64,000 nucleotides of DNA, taken from the NCBI RefSeq assembly GCF_001949145.1, contig NW_019091355.1:3950646-4014645 (forward strand), in the 5' to 3' direction. This DNA is from Acanthaster planci. Its lineage: Eukaryota. Below, one piece after another: positions 12,501 through 27,500 of the stretch; the first letter of the stretch is position 1; each line of letters begins with the position of its first letter. The notes below the pieces were generated by a model. It was given only the letters and a program-made list of their open reading frames with translations. It had not been told where the DNA came from and did no database searches. The translations under genes were made by a program, and so were the position numbers.

Positions 12501-15500
12501 ATTCTGTCAAAAATATTTCCATGCATTCTGTGCCTTTTCTGGAAAGGTCTCAACTTTGACTAGTGTTGACCACGATGGACGAATTGTTCCCAACTGTCAC
12601 AGTCTTCGTAAAGTCCTCACAGCGCCCTCTATCTATCAGGCGCAGGGCTAATGACCCCAAGGAACCCAGTAAAAAGGACAATATTTGGACATGCTCATTC
12701 ACTTTTTTTTTTCTCAACACTTACTCTGGGTGATTGGGCAGGTACTCTGGCAAAGTGCTGTTGTATCTGGTATAGGAAATGACCACATTCTCTGCGGGGA
12801 AGAAACGGGAGAAATTCGGGTGCCTGCATTAACTTGGTAATACCAGCAGCACAAATGAAGGTTAACACTTTTATAATTTGTATCAACTACTGAACAATGT
12901 CAAAACAACACTTATTTGTATCTTTATCTCGTAGGTTTAATGCTGTTACTTCCCAGAGTAAATTTATCAATTGTTTCCTTTCAACAACTGTCTGCTAAAC
13001 AAGGACAAGTATCACCAGTCAGAAAAATACACTTCTACTTCTTAAATTGAGCTTTGGAGAAACTATTTTTGGTTGAGTTTTGTATTTGCAGATATATTTA
13101 AGTAAGACAAGAGAAAATGTCCAATTCAGCCAACCCTGGTAAAACCTCATCAGTGGTTGAGGGGTGAGACATATGCGCTGGACTGGGGGGCTAATAGGGG
13201 TTTGAATCCTGACCAGGTTAGCTTGCGGATTTGTGTGTTTTCGACCCGGTTTCTCGGAAAACCCTCGGCATACACAGCCTGAAGAAGTTTATCAATGGTC
13301 TTGTTACCTGGCCAGCCGTTTTCCGGCATTTCTTCGAAGAGTGTCTCAGGAATATCCACATAGCCATTCTCGTCATTCAATGAGGCCATTCCTGGGGTGC
13401 TGTCTGGTAACACCAGGCCCTCAAAGTTCTCAGGCTGTACAACTCGTACGTGAAATGCTGGGGAATGATTGTAGTAATCTGAAAAATCATCTCCAGTCTC
13501 AAGTTATAAAAAATCCTAGATTGTAATGAAATACTCTTTCAGTTCTATTAGGAAAAACATGAAAATGGTCAGTACATGTAAAATGAGCTGGTGCCTTTGA
13601 TATATGAGTAAATCCAGAAATTAGGGGTGCAGAAGTGTGACATTTTTGTGTCCCTGTTATATCTGACCTCTGTTACTGGACATGGACGTATCACTGGAAT
13701 TGATTTCAAACTACAGTGTATTACTATTTCTTTGGCAGGTAATTTGCACTAATTCATCACTCTTGGATATCAGAAAATGTGTTCCGAACTTATGTTCAGA
13801 TGTGACAGGGACACGAAAAAAAATGGGCCCCGAATTTCTGGAATCACCCAGATGATTCCTGGTTACCCATGCTTTGCGTATGTACGCATACCACTGACAA
13901 TAAAGGTATAAAGGCATGCCAATACCCATGTATGTACAGCACTCTTGAATGTGCACCAGATCTTCAGTAAAAACCACTAAACTAGACTGCATCTAAAACA
14001 TATGGTCACGACTGCAAATAATACATGTAAATAATAATAAAATGTACTGGCTATAAGCCATTTCCCAAAGACATTGAGACTATCCATGCCTGTTTTGGAC
14101 ATAACTGTTTTTATCCAGGCAATTAAACTTCAGGCTAGTCTGGCGCCTCATGAGGTCACATATCACGCCTGATCTCCAGTATGTGCTTGGGCAACCAGAC
14201 AGAGACCTGCTTCAGGTGAGGTCCTTGTTCTAAGCAATGAGAACGCTAATCAGAGTGGTCCTGTGCCCTGTGAACAATCATTCTACTCTGTATGTCCTTG
14301 GATTGCCTTTAAGGGCATAACAAAGATGTCTGGTATCACTCAGCACAGGGGCGTGACGACATACAGCAACGTGTGTCACAACAGGTCTTTACAAACACAA
14401 ATTTTTGAAGTTATGTTGACTTTTATGCATTCTTTGCATTAATACACCAATGCATCGCTACAATTCAATCTCTGTAAAGACATTTGACCTTCTTACCGAA
14501 ATTGGCACCAGTGTGAGTCCACATGGCATTGTTGCCAATCTCGGACCCGCCAGGCTTGGCATGCAGGAGGAGGCCGTTGGCCATCAGGTCGGCAAAATCC
14601 TGGATGGCCTGGAGGACCCTAACGGCCCCCGCCCCTCGTGGGGCGGTTCCACGCCACGCTGGGTGGTTCCTCTCGTCCAGAATAATGTCAAAAATGTTGC
14701 AAGCAACCTAGCCAAAAGCAAATGAAACAGAAGAACCATTTCACCATGGCTACATGCCATAGAAAGCTGTGCTAAATGACCACACTGTACACCAAAGATC
14801 GCATAGTGCTGAAGGCGCAAGATGGATAACTCTGTCCAAAGGGTGTAATTACCATGGGCGCCATTTGAGCAAGCGATACGCCTGCACAGTTTACGGTAAT
14901 GCTTAGGTGCAGGCTCACCAGGTCACGTGCCTGCCACGGCGCCTGCGCCTTTGCATTACTGTGCATTGCACAAGCGTATCGCTTGCTCAAATGGCGCCCA
15001 TGCAATTACAACATTTTACGTGTATTCACTGTGAAGTTCGCCATCTTGCGCCGCTTTGCGCCGCTATACGATCTTTGCTGCACACAACAGTTAGAATTCA
15101 ATGTGCGAAAATATACCTACTGTCACTCTTATGTAACCTCATCTAGTCTTTAGCATTTCCTTTTATCGTATGTTTGGGATAGGGTTGTACCGAATATTCA
15201 ATCGATTTTCAAATATTCAAATATTATTTTTTGAATTGGAGTATTGGAATGCAAAATTCATGAAAGGGATGGGAAACTTTTCTTTTTAATGAGAAAAATT
15301 GCACCATGGAGGCTTGTTCCAAGCAGATTCAAATGAAATGCATTAGAAATCTGAGTAAATTATTCATTAATACAATTAAAATTTTCAACAGGGCAAGGAG
15401 TCTTGTTCATCTCTTAAATCTTGCTAAATCGTGACTGGAGGTACTCCTAGATGTGAGAAGCTATTATATTGATCATAATGTACAATTGTGTGTGCTATTG

Positions 15501-18500
15501 CAACTGATTTTGTATATTGCTTGTTCATCAACAATCTGCCGGTCGGTGCGACCGAATATTGGGTCAAACTGAAGGTCAAATATTTGACTAGTAAATCATT
15601 CTGTCAAACTGAAGGTCGAATATTTGAATAGTAAATCATTCGAATTGACTCAGCCCTAGTTTGAGACATTCAAATGAACAACATAATTCTGAAGCTATGG
15701 ATACCCATTAACATGTTCTGACAGTCCCAAAACTTAAAGCTGTTAAAATAAGCAATGCAACAAAACAGATGGTGTTAACGGAAATCTCTTTTAATACAAA
15801 GTTGAACATCTGCTGATATATAGTCTCAGCTGTCAAACTGAGCAAACTGCAAAGGACTTTTTAAAAAAAAAAATGTCAACCGGATAGAAAGGCAAATCAA
15901 GATGCTCCTGTAACTGACTTGTTTCACGGACAAGCTGAGGAAAAGGGTCACCAAGGAAAGGTACCGTAGCAAAGTGAAAGATGTCTTCCGTGGTAGGGCG
16001 GCCCTGCGCGTCCGTCAGGCCAGCCCACTGCCCTTCTCCCTCCAGACCCAAGGTGGCGTTCTGCATCGCCACCAGCATACGGACCCCGTAGACGTCGGCT
16101 GTGATGTCGGCCGGATTGGACCGGTAAGGGATGGCGTTGCGGTGCAGCTCCTCCAGCAGGGTCAGGATCTTGGACCGGTTGTACGCGAGGCCCTGGGAGA
16201 TGTTGCTGTACAGGCTTCCGATCTGCAGCAAAAACATGTAGGCTACTGAAAGGCTGCCAGTGACAATGTTGCAGAACTCAATCAAGTCCGGACTAGAGTC
16301 CACTATTTGATGGACTCGGACACTCAATAAATAAACTGAAAATACAAAAAAAGAGAAAATGAATGGAAAACTTAATACTTCAGTATCATTTCCAACCTTT
16401 GAAATCCTCATCCTAAAAACACTCTTTCGGCAAGAAACGAGACTGATGCTTTTCTCCTTTTTGTTGTTCTAATGAAACTTCTGATTCCTTGTGAAACATT
16501 GGGAGATTTCATTATGGTAAAGGGGTTGTTACAAATAACTACTGTGATACTATAAACACATGGGTTTTGTTTTTATTTACAATTACTGATCATGAATGGG
16601 ACCCAATTTCTGCGTTCTGTGTACCCGATACATGTGCATTCAGTATTTGCGTCCTTCTTTAAATATATGAGAACATTAGGTTTGTGAAGGACTTGGACTC
16701 AGACATGAACCAGAAGGATGTGGACTTGGACTTTAAATGTGGTGGACTCAACCGGTCATTGGTCCCACACTTTAATACAGGCCACCCTGGGTCAGGAATG
16801 CCATACACACCCACATGCATCATGCAGGCATCACGCAAGGTTTAAATGCCTTTGAAGTTGGAAACATCTCAGAGTATTAACAGGAAGTCAGGTTTATATG
16901 CTGACAATTCTGCACGCCAACAATCAAAATTCTGTATGGTTCTGAATTTTTTCGGCCCTTTCCGATGCTATTCATCTAATGGGTGCACTGATGTTCCCAA
17001 ACAATTGTGGACGTTAAACAAAAGAATTACTGACCGTCTACGATTCCTGATACGTCCACGATTGTCAAACGTGTACAAAACATATGAGAGGCCTTCCAAA
17101 AAAGTTAAAATATGAACAAAAGAGGACAATAGGAACGTCCACGATTGCCCCAAAAAACAAGTTTACCTGTGTGTGCATGTGTGTGGGAGGAAGCTTTCTT
17201 TACCTTATCCTGTAAGAGACGGACGTCTTCAGACAGACACTCTGTGACATCTGCCTCTCCCCACTCGGCCCTGTCTGCCTCCTCCCATGTGATGCCGTCC
17301 CCGAGACAAGGGCGACTGCCTTGCGACACTGCGAATAGAGGAGTACCAAGACCCTAATGAGAACCCGAGCTTCAGTCTGGCGGGTCTCGAGGCAACGCGC
17401 AAGCAACATTGCTGAACAACTGCCAGCATCTTGAAACAGAGGATGACTATTGGCAAGTTGACACCTTCCTGACAAAATTTTTTCCCAGGATGCAAGGTGT
17501 GTCTCCGTCAGTTTTACAACACCAGGAATTTCTACCCGCGTTTCAGAAAATCTCAAAAACGGCTGCATCGTAACTGACCTCAACGGAACACTGCCATTAT
17601 TCTGTCTGAAAGTGACAATATTTCTTTGCACTTTTATTGAGGATTCACTTCACTAAATTTAGTACAGACTCTTTGGCTATTTGAGTTAAAACAATTTAGA
17701 GCAACTGAATGCAGAGCTATTTTGGGCAAAATGCAGTCACCATCTAAAATGCCCTCTGATGTACATACTGCCAGCAAAGGACTTTTGCAGACACAAGACC
17801 AGACACAAGACCATGCACAAACCAGTCACAAGTAACAGTGTGAACAATGACAAAGGAATGCTCGTTAGAGTTGAGTTAAAAAGCTTGAGACTTGAATTCA
17901 GACTGAAGGCCTTGTGTTGGTCTTGTGTGGTCTTGTGAAGGTTTGTTTTGTACAATTATTAACTTGGAGCACAGTTGAAAGTGCATGGATGTAGACCCCC
18001 CACACAACTTAGCGCAACCAATCCTAGACTAACAAACTTACAGCTTGCAGACAGCTTTTGCTACGACTTCCATTGTTTGTCAAATGAACTCACCGTCAGT
18101 GTCTTGGCTTGTGCCGTCGTTGTCAACCGGAGGCGTACTGGAATCCCCCGGACAGGGCATGTAGGATGTTTCACCCACTGGGGTACGGGGCCACTCAATG
18201 TTCTCTGCAAACTCTTGCTGGCACTGCGGACCTGCCAATGCCCCCGAATCAAAACATTAATCCAATCCTGTACTGTTTTTTTTCCCTTGGATGAATGACA
18301 TCCTTCCTCGGATCTGAAAATGGCCCATGTATATTTTCATTATGCCATTAACATTAATCTGCTGACCACAGCTGAAAAGAATTTTCAGAAAATAATTTTG
18401 GTATGATGTCACACGCGAAACTGACCTTAATGTGACCCCTCACCCAAAGCGGCAAACTTAAAAAGAAAAAAAATGAAAAATTTTCAACTGGGGTCAGTAG

Positions 18501-21500
18501 ATTAATATTAATGGCATAAAGGAAATATACACTGACCATTTTCAGAGGCCCAGGAAGGATATCAATCATAGGATTTGCCCGTTTTTTTGTAATACATGTA
18601 ACGGAGAATGGCCCTCCATCAAGCACCCATGGGTATTTCCAGGCAACCAACATGACATAAAACTGGATATGTCAACAGTTAATTGAAGAAATGTAGATAC
18701 AAACTAAGAGTATTACTTACAAGTTGCAAAACAAATGTAATGCAGTCTGCAACAAACATCACAAGAGACTCTATTATACATTTTCTTGGTAGCTGACGTG
18801 TTCAACAGAACTGCACGGCTGAGAATGACCCATCCACATGAACTTCAAAGTTCCACTCAAGAAAGTCTTCAGTGCTGGTATTTTCTCTTCGTGTAAGGAA
18901 TGTCATTCACGGTTGAGTATGATCCAAGACATCAAGCTCACTCACCAATAGTTTCAGTGCAGTAAGTGTCGCAGCCTTCTGCTTTGTCTCGAATGCACGA
19001 TTCTGAAACAGAGAACAGCCCCAGTTTAAATCCTGCATTGGGGGAACAGCACGCATAAAAGACTTGCAGGAAAATCCTGAACAATTATGTTTGAGGCATA
19101 TGGCAATTAAACTGTTAAAGGCTGCGTCCACACGTGGCTTCCAAGGCTACGGCTATGTCTATTCTGGGTGCATCTCTGTATATTTCAAATGGAGTGAAGG
19201 CCTAGACCTGGCTCTAAACGACAGCTTCGGATGCAGCCGAAGAAGTACTTATTTTGACTTCAAAAGAAGTGAATCTTTTGTGAATCTCCCGTATCGTTAG
19301 GGGTTCTGAGTTGCCAAATCAAAGAAGACTTGTGATTGGATGATTATATTCACCCGTGAAGTGGTCCACATGGATCGAGCCTGGCTTAAGAAAGGAACTC
19401 AGCATACATGCAAAACGTGACCAGTATCCATCAAACCGTAGGAGAGTAGGAAACTTATAAGGTGCCTGTCCTTTGCCAGTAAGCAGTTGTACAAAAACTG
19501 GGAAGAAATCTCCATTTGGACCCACTCACCGAAGACTCCCGAGGGCCAACGCAGCTTCAGCTCCCCCCGGGTGCCCGTCCGGAAGTCCACCCATTCCGTC
19601 ACGTCGCCACAGTAGGTGAAGGTGCAGTCTTGGTGCATGTCCGCAATGTGGTCGTCCGCCAGCGCACTGCTCCACATGTTGAAGTAGCTGACGTCCCCCT
19701 TGAACGACACGCTGTGGTCAAAGGTGGCGTTGGCGGCTGTGTCGCCGAAGTCGGCGCCAGCATCAGGACGGCCCGCAGATTCGAGGTTGTGGCTGCGACG
19801 GACACCGATCTCTAGTCGGCCGCCGGCTCGGATTGTCTCCCCCGGGGCCAGGCCACCTGCTGTGGCCGCAAGGCGTCCGTCCACAAACAATGCCCACACA
19901 CCACCTATCGGTAAAAACCAAACCGTCCATGATTATATCACTACATCATACTTGTTAGAATCAAGTTAGAAGTAACAAAACGTCATAGGCTTAGGTCTGC
20001 AATTATGATTCATCATTCATCACACTTAAAACATGAAATTCTCCCCAACTGCAGTCATTTCATAATCATTACATATAATGAAACAAATATATAAATAGTC
20101 CTAAAAGGGAAAGTATTCAAGTACAAGGGATAGGTCTGGGAGTATTTTGGTTGTAGCAGCATGAAATGTGTTTAAATCTGAAATGACTTGTCATATGTTG
20201 GCTTTCTTGTAAACTTTCCTTTCTTGCTTTTATTGATTGGTGATTGTTTGTTTGTTTGTTTGTTTGTTTGTATTTGGCAATACCCATACAGATTACAAAT
20301 GATCATACACAAACAACTGAATTAACTCAAACAAAATAAAAAGAACTACATGTAAGTCCAGGGCATTGTTGAGGATAGCACAGAGAAGCTAGAAATAGCT
20401 TATTTCCATTGCGGTCCTCATTTCCATTGCTTGATTACTTCCCAATAATCTCAACACCAAGTATAATGCACTGAGGGATGTAGTGTCCCATTGGCAAAAA
20501 CCCTGCCTATTACTTATCTGACTCAAACACTGCTTGAATAGATGACCCTAAATAAACTAAAATCTGACAGCGTTCAGTTCCTTCTGAGGCTGCATCCAAC
20601 ATGTTTCTCACCCGCTGATGTCCACGTGCAGGCAACGTGCAGCCATTTGTCATGGGGCAGGCCTCGCCTCAGCCGCACGCTCGACTCCTGCCCCCGAATC
20701 CGTACGGTGAAGAAGCCCGCCCCGATGCTCAGCCACAGCTCCTCGGTCTTCTTGCTGGGGAAGCCGTAGGCCAGGATGGTGCCATTCCTCCCGTCGTAGT
20801 CGGCCGAGTTGAGCCGCAGCCATAGGCCCACTGTGAAGGCCTGGAGGGCGGGAAAGTTCTTGCCCAGCAGGACGGCGTAACTGTCGGCCTCGCTGTCGCT
20901 GTACTCGAGACGAGAGTCCACAGAACGCGCTGCAATTTAAAAAAAAAACCAAAGAAGCGACATTGGAACCCAAGCTTACAGAGTTCATTCTGATATTGTG
21001 AAGAGTAACCCTGAGCACTAATGTCTTGGACAACACTAGTCGGTCAACTGGTTAATTGCCTCTGATCAATCTTGTTTACATGCCTCATGACCTCGTTTAT
21101 AACAAGATAGCCAAGTCCGCTAAACCAATACTAATTTGTTTAAATGATACTAAATAATATAACAAGATTGAATGATAGAGGTAAATTGTATAGTTTTAAT
21201 GAGATACATGATAAATAAATCAACAATGCTTTGCTTTTGGTGCCACTTCACCAATTCGAAAGGGGTGGGCAGGTGGGAGTTGAAACTTCTGAAGGGCACG
21301 TGACCCCATGGGAAAAAGGAGGGAAGTTTTTTTTTTCTTCTTGGCATGGTTGGGGACATCGGCCAATCTGCAAAACCATGGAGGGAGCCATAGGACTATA
21401 ATGTGGCATATGCCACATACTATTACTAGACCCGTAAACAGGGCCCGACAAATACTCCTCCGTCGTTACTGGGCCCTGTCCCGATTCAGAGGGATTTCTT

Positions 21501-24500
21501 TCAAAACATTTTCTCCGGGATATGTGGGGGCATCTACTTGATTTTTATGAGCTGAAATTGCACTGATATGTTCACTACTTACGGGGTAAACTATCCGCTA
21601 GGTTGCTAATTGTAGAAAACTTGCCTTTTTTGCCGTTTTCCCAGTGTTGCGACAGATAAGAGACACATTATTGTAACGGGGAGCCACTACAGCCTATGGG
21701 GCTAGACCGGTGACCATCAAGTAACCATAACCAGTAACAGATCAAAAGAAAATGGAGGCTTTATGGGAAAGTCAATCTGTCTGGGTGTCACCTAACGAAA
21801 GAATGACTTTTTTCTACAACTGCGCTCATGTTCACAGTATCCATGCCACAGAGCGATCAGGGCACTTGGCGACACGCTGGACGCCGCCATAATGCTAGTA
21901 TTAACTTGGGACAAGAGAGGGCGCGCTGCATGTAAACAAACTGCTTTACAAAAGAAAATAATTATTGCTCTGTGTTGTAGAAACTGTACCGTTTTTTCTC
22001 CGTGCACCGCAATTGCACTTCTCTAATGAAAGGTAATAATTATTTATACGTACAGATACACTGCTTGCTGTTCCACTCGAACCCAGCACCACACTCGCAG
22101 TAGTAAGCACCTGGGGTGTTCAAACATTTTGGCGTCTTGTAGAAATTCGGATTACACTGCCCACTGAAATGACCTGAAATGGGAAATAAAAATCAAGAGT
22201 TTCGCCCGTCTTCTCGGACTAAAAACGACATTTCGACACGACAACAATTTTTCTAGAGAGATGTCGGAAACACAATGAACGAAGGTTAGCAACGAAAGTA
22301 AAAAGAACTCTCATTCAAGTTGAAATTATTGGCGACGAGGCATTGGCAGCAAAATTTGCTCAACCTTTGGGCCAACAACACAAAAATTAAACACGCAAAG
22401 TTTGACTCTATTAAAAATATAGCCTACTGAAACGAAATCCTTTTAAACTAGAAATTCGCCAGGTAGCACACACAAAATAATGTTTACTGTCAAAAGAAAG
22501 AATTATAGTTACCACCCGCCAAACCAGATTCTGGCATTTATTCCCTGAAAAATAACTTATAATTCATTTGATCTTCTTATAGGTGAATTTATGGATTCAA
22601 CGGATAATCATATAACAGTAATAAAATATTCCCAATTAAATGTAGTCAAACGACTTTATTGGCCGCATCGCACGCTCTAACTAGTGGTTCAATCAATTAA
22701 AAAAGATTTTTCATCCTCATTTACTTTTAGTCGGCACCCTTGAGAGCCAGTACTAGCATTTATACAGCATAACCAGTAAAAATTACACATCATAAAAGTC
22801 AGGGAAATACATAGGCACGGCTGACATGGGGTACGGGGTACCAGTAAGCCGGCTTTGGCAACAGCACACGAGTTGCATTTTGAGCTAATCTTGGCACTCG
22901 AATGAGTAACTAAATCAACTCAAAAAGACATGAGATTTGAAGCTTTTCATGGTGGAGGTAGCAAGTAAACTAGATTTACGGTTTGCGGTAGCACTATAGA
23001 TATCTTTTTTTTTAGTATTTGGGGTTCTGAAAGAGCCGATGGTACTCAAACGTTTTGGACATGAACTATGCCCCAACCCCCAGCACTTACCCATTGGAGA
23101 GGTCATCCAATGCACCGAACCAGCTATCCGCCTTCTCGGCATGTCTACAGCCAACAAGATATCAACCAAGCCATCCGGAAACACAATCCTGGCAAGCCCA
23201 ATTTCTCAAATTAAGACCGGTCAGCCATCACATCGCTACGCCGCGCCAAGACAAGACCACTCACATCGTACAGGCGGACAAGGGCAACGCCACGGTGGTC
23301 ATTGACAAGACCTAGTATGACCGAAAGGTAGCAGACATTCTTGAATCCAGCTGCTACCATAATTTCAAGAAAGATCCTACCCCCACTATCAACTGTACTT
23401 TCAAGAAAGATCGTACCCCCCCCCCACTATTAACAGAAAGCTACAGCAAAAACTAATCTCCCTCCAGCGTTCCGGCGGTATCTCCCAGTCCTTGTACCAA
23501 CTCCAAATGCCCAAGGTTCTTCGTGCAACCCAAGATCCACCAAGCGGATACTCCACTTCGCCCAATCGTCGCTTCTAGATGTGGCCCAACTTACAACACA
23601 GCCAGACATCTTGCCAAGATACTGCACCCCTTGCTTGGCAACACCGAACACCACATCAAAGATTCAGACCAGTTCACCAACTCCATTCAAGACCTCACGT
23701 TCCAGCCAGACGACAAAAATCATTGTCCTTTTGACATCGTCTCCCTCTTCACGAATGCCTCGTGCTGCAAGGCTGCCACCATTATCAAGGACAGACTTCA
23801 GGCAGACCCCACCCTCAATGGCCGCACCGATCTTACTCCAGAACAGCTTCTAGACCTCCTGTTCACGTGTCAACTCATCAAGCTTCCGATGTAGAGATAG
23901 ATTCTATGAACAAACAACCGGAAGCTCTATGGGATCCCCTATATCCCCAGTTCTGGCTGATACATTCGTGGAAGAATTTGAGCAGCACACGATATATCAA
24001 CACTGCAGATCACAGACCCAAGATTTAGCTCCAGTACGTAGACGACACCTTCTTCATCATCTAGCAGCACAGGCACGGTAGCCACCAGCTCTTTCTGGAA
24101 CACCTCAACGGGCTTCACAGTAACACCCAGTTCACAATGGAACAAGAAAAGGATGGCAACAACTCATATCTTGATGTCTAGGTATCCAGAAAGCAGGATG
24201 GCAGCCTCACCTGCCGTGTATACCGGAAACCTACCCACATAGACAGACACCTCCACAGCGCGTCCTTCTGTCAGCCAAAGATCAAGTCTTCAGTCAACCG
24301 GGCCCTTGTACGCAGGGCATACTGCATGTGTGACAAGGGAACCTCATCCAAGAACTCCGTCACATCTCCATGGCACTACAGCGCAGTGGATACAAGCCCA
24401 GACAAGTCAAGACCCAAGACCTAAGATCCCCCGGCCGAAGGGTCTCCAATACCAAAAGCCAAGTAGTCAAGGCCCCTAGGTCCATAGCCCTCCCTTTATG

Positions 24501-27500
24501 CAATACCTCCCCATCACATTCTCAAGAAGCATAGCATTCGAGCGTTCCATACACCCCCCTTGAAAATGCAGAACCTGCTGACTTTCCACAAGGACCGGCA
24601 CAACTCACTTCACAAGCCTGGAGTGTACAAGATCCCCTGCCATTGTGGCAAAGTGTACATCGGCGAGACCGGCAGTGACCTCCCCGCTAGACTCAATGAA
24701 CACAAAGCACATGGCAGGAAAGGAAAATACGACGAGCCTCCCACATCAAAGACCACAAGATCGACTAGAGCAAAGCCAAACTCCTCACCAGCATCAAGCA
24801 CTAGTACCCGCCCCAACAGAGTACCACAAGACACCGGTTTCCACATTAGCGACATCTGGCGTCCCATCCTCACATCCCAGTCCAATGGGTCTCCTATACC
24901 CTATATAGGACGTTTCCAGCCTATGGGTCCCCTATACCCTTGGCTGCCTCCCCCACGCTCCCCTCCCTCAGAATGAGACGCCTCACTGGTTTGCCAGCAT
25001 CCCAGTGCCCTCGGTTGGATCCTGAGTTAGCATCCTCTCCTCACCTTACTGCCCTCAACACACCATATAAGCTGCTTCATCACTGGACCCTCTGCAGTCT
25101 CCTGACGATGGACAGAGCATATTTGATTACCACCAATTCTTTTCAGAACCCGCACATGCTCAAAAAAGGAGATATCTAGTCTACTAAAAAAGACCCAATC
25201 CTGAATCCTCAACCTGTGAGCATGTGCTCTGCAGGTTTTTATACGGATTGCCCAGTATTTTTTCATTGGATCGAATGCAAGGGAGTGCCCCAGTGCCCCC
25301 TTCCTTCACCACACCGCCAGGTAATTCGAATGCAAATTATATCTCCTATCAGGAGTCTCTCCACACTAATCAAGTGAACAACCCTTACAAAGTCCAGGTC
25401 TGTGGCATATATCAAAGGGGCATGGTTAGCAAAACAAGGAACAACTGAGTTTCAGCAAGTTATTTCTTAGTGTGCAGTGGAGGGAATTTTTAATTTGGCA
25501 AAACAATTATGAATTCCATATAGATGAAAGCGATTTTGTTACAACACATAACGCGTTTTAGCATTGATGTTTATAAGAACTCTGAGCCTGGGAAAGACTG
25601 AAATCGGAGAAGACACCAGCAACTGCAGAGGCTCTCGCTCCTAGCGATCCTGCGTGCATTTAATTTGGCAAGTCACAACATCCAATTAGTCCAAGCGGCA
25701 TGTAACGTACGCGTACCACCTGTCAGCGAGCGTGGAGGTGCCACAGCAGTATTGAAAAGGGATAGTATGCGCCTTGAGCGGAAGCACTCCCTCATCGGTC
25801 GAAAAGAGCCGCGTTGGTCGGGAGTACTCAATTTGTTGGTAGTGATGCGATCGTGACGCGTGCATTTCCTTGTCATTCGTGAACCAGCAAAGTTAAGTTC
25901 CCATAAAAGGAGCCGCCGTTGATAAGAAAATAGCACCCTTTCTTGGTCCAGGTCGAGGCCCATAGCACCGTGCAGTGCGAGCGGCACTATTAAAACGTGC
26001 TTCTGCAATCCTGGACAAAATTGTTGGGACACTAGCCATACGCTCTCTTGCCCTCCCCGGTCAATGTTAACATGTCCAGCTGGAGCGCAGACCGCGCACA
26101 TAGACCCAACATTGAAAGGGGGTCTAGGGTTGGAGGCCCAACGAGATTTGTCCAGGATTGTAGTTCTGCAGGCTGAATTTACACTTTATCTCGATTTCAC
26201 GCGACAGGCAGGCAGTCAGCCAAAAGACAATGGTACAGCACCTCCCCAGTTTAATCCTGCGACATTTTTTTTCCTGTCGAGACCATTATAATAAGACAAG
26301 CTATTCACGCACACGTATTACCAACGTGTTTCTCTTTCTTGCAGATTTCAGTTTTGTATCTAAAGACTTAAGATGAATGCCATACATGTATATTCGAATT
26401 TCATATTGAGAAAGGATGTGAAACAAAAGGTAACGTCTCCCAATCACTTCCGGGAGTATTCGGAACACAAGGCACAAGTATCACTTGCGTTCAACGACAC
26501 TTGTTTCCGCGGAAATGAACGCAAGACGTCAATATACAGTTTAAGCGGAAGAGTATAAGCGAGTATGCACAGAACACACAGAAATTATACCACCACACAA
26601 TTTCAAACGCTCTCTTCCTCATCGAACATGTACTTTTTCCTCGGTGTCTGTTTGTCAAATTTGGAAGGTGTGGCTAACGCCTGTTGCCTTATCGTTTCAA
26701 TGCCAATATACCAATGTTCGATGGTTTTTATCCCTTTTCTGGATATTGTTATGTTTCTCTTTAACTGTTGCAGCCCTTAATAGATTCCCTGTCGGGTGCC
26801 ATCTCGCACACACAGAGTAGTAATTTATACCAAAATAAGAACCGCAAAGATATCAGCAGGACTGTGAACACTAGGGGTTTGCGGTGGTCGGTGGATGATT
26901 TTGATATTACTTGATTTTTCATCGTGATTATTGTACTCTTTGCAGTGACTTAAATATTGTGCGTCTCTGTATACAGTCCAAACGTTAGAAACCGTTGAAC
27001 GTGACATCGTCCTTGCTTTGAACGTGCGAAGAATGTTTAGTGATTAATACATCAAAACTGGTGACTAATGACAACACATTTCTTATAGTTCGTTGAATCA
27101 GGCTTATGTACTTCGCCATTGCTGGGTGCTATAGCAGGCACACATTCCATTATAATCATTACCAAAACTTGTCCAAAAATCTCATCATTGGGTGTCACGC
27201 ACTGAAACCTCGGCCCCCCACCCTACATGCTCTTTTTGTGCATAAAGTCCTCCATCAAGAGAATGAAACTGATAGGCCTATTTGTATCAGCTTCCTTTAC
27301 TTTTTTCAGTAGGTTGCCCAATATCTGTCTATCTTTCAACAACGGTGCGCAATTTGTAAATGTAAACTGTTGCAATTATTAAAAGGAAATGAAAATAATT
27401 TTTTTTAAATCACAGCACGTGCACGTTACCAACAATTTCTAGAACTGTAAACCAACCTGTGCCAGGGTTTCGTTTTCTGCGGAAACTGGGCATTTTGAAA

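Noticed and set aside
18170..18195. Apparent frameshift in the HormR exon
   Set aside because: Recounting the G-run gives four G, and the frame WPRTPVGETSYMPCPG is intact.
18443..18746. Two possible micro-exons (26 nt near 18721-18746 and 13 nt near 18443-18455) in the adhesion GPCR
   Set aside because: The 57-nt exon 19002-18946 already joins the flanking exons in phase and gives a sensible Cys pattern. The micro-exon peptide is implausibly hydrophobic.
23039..24900. Penelope ORF as an active or domesticated gene
   Set aside because: Multiple stops and frameshifts and an internal tandem duplication (about 23366-23435) show neutral decay.
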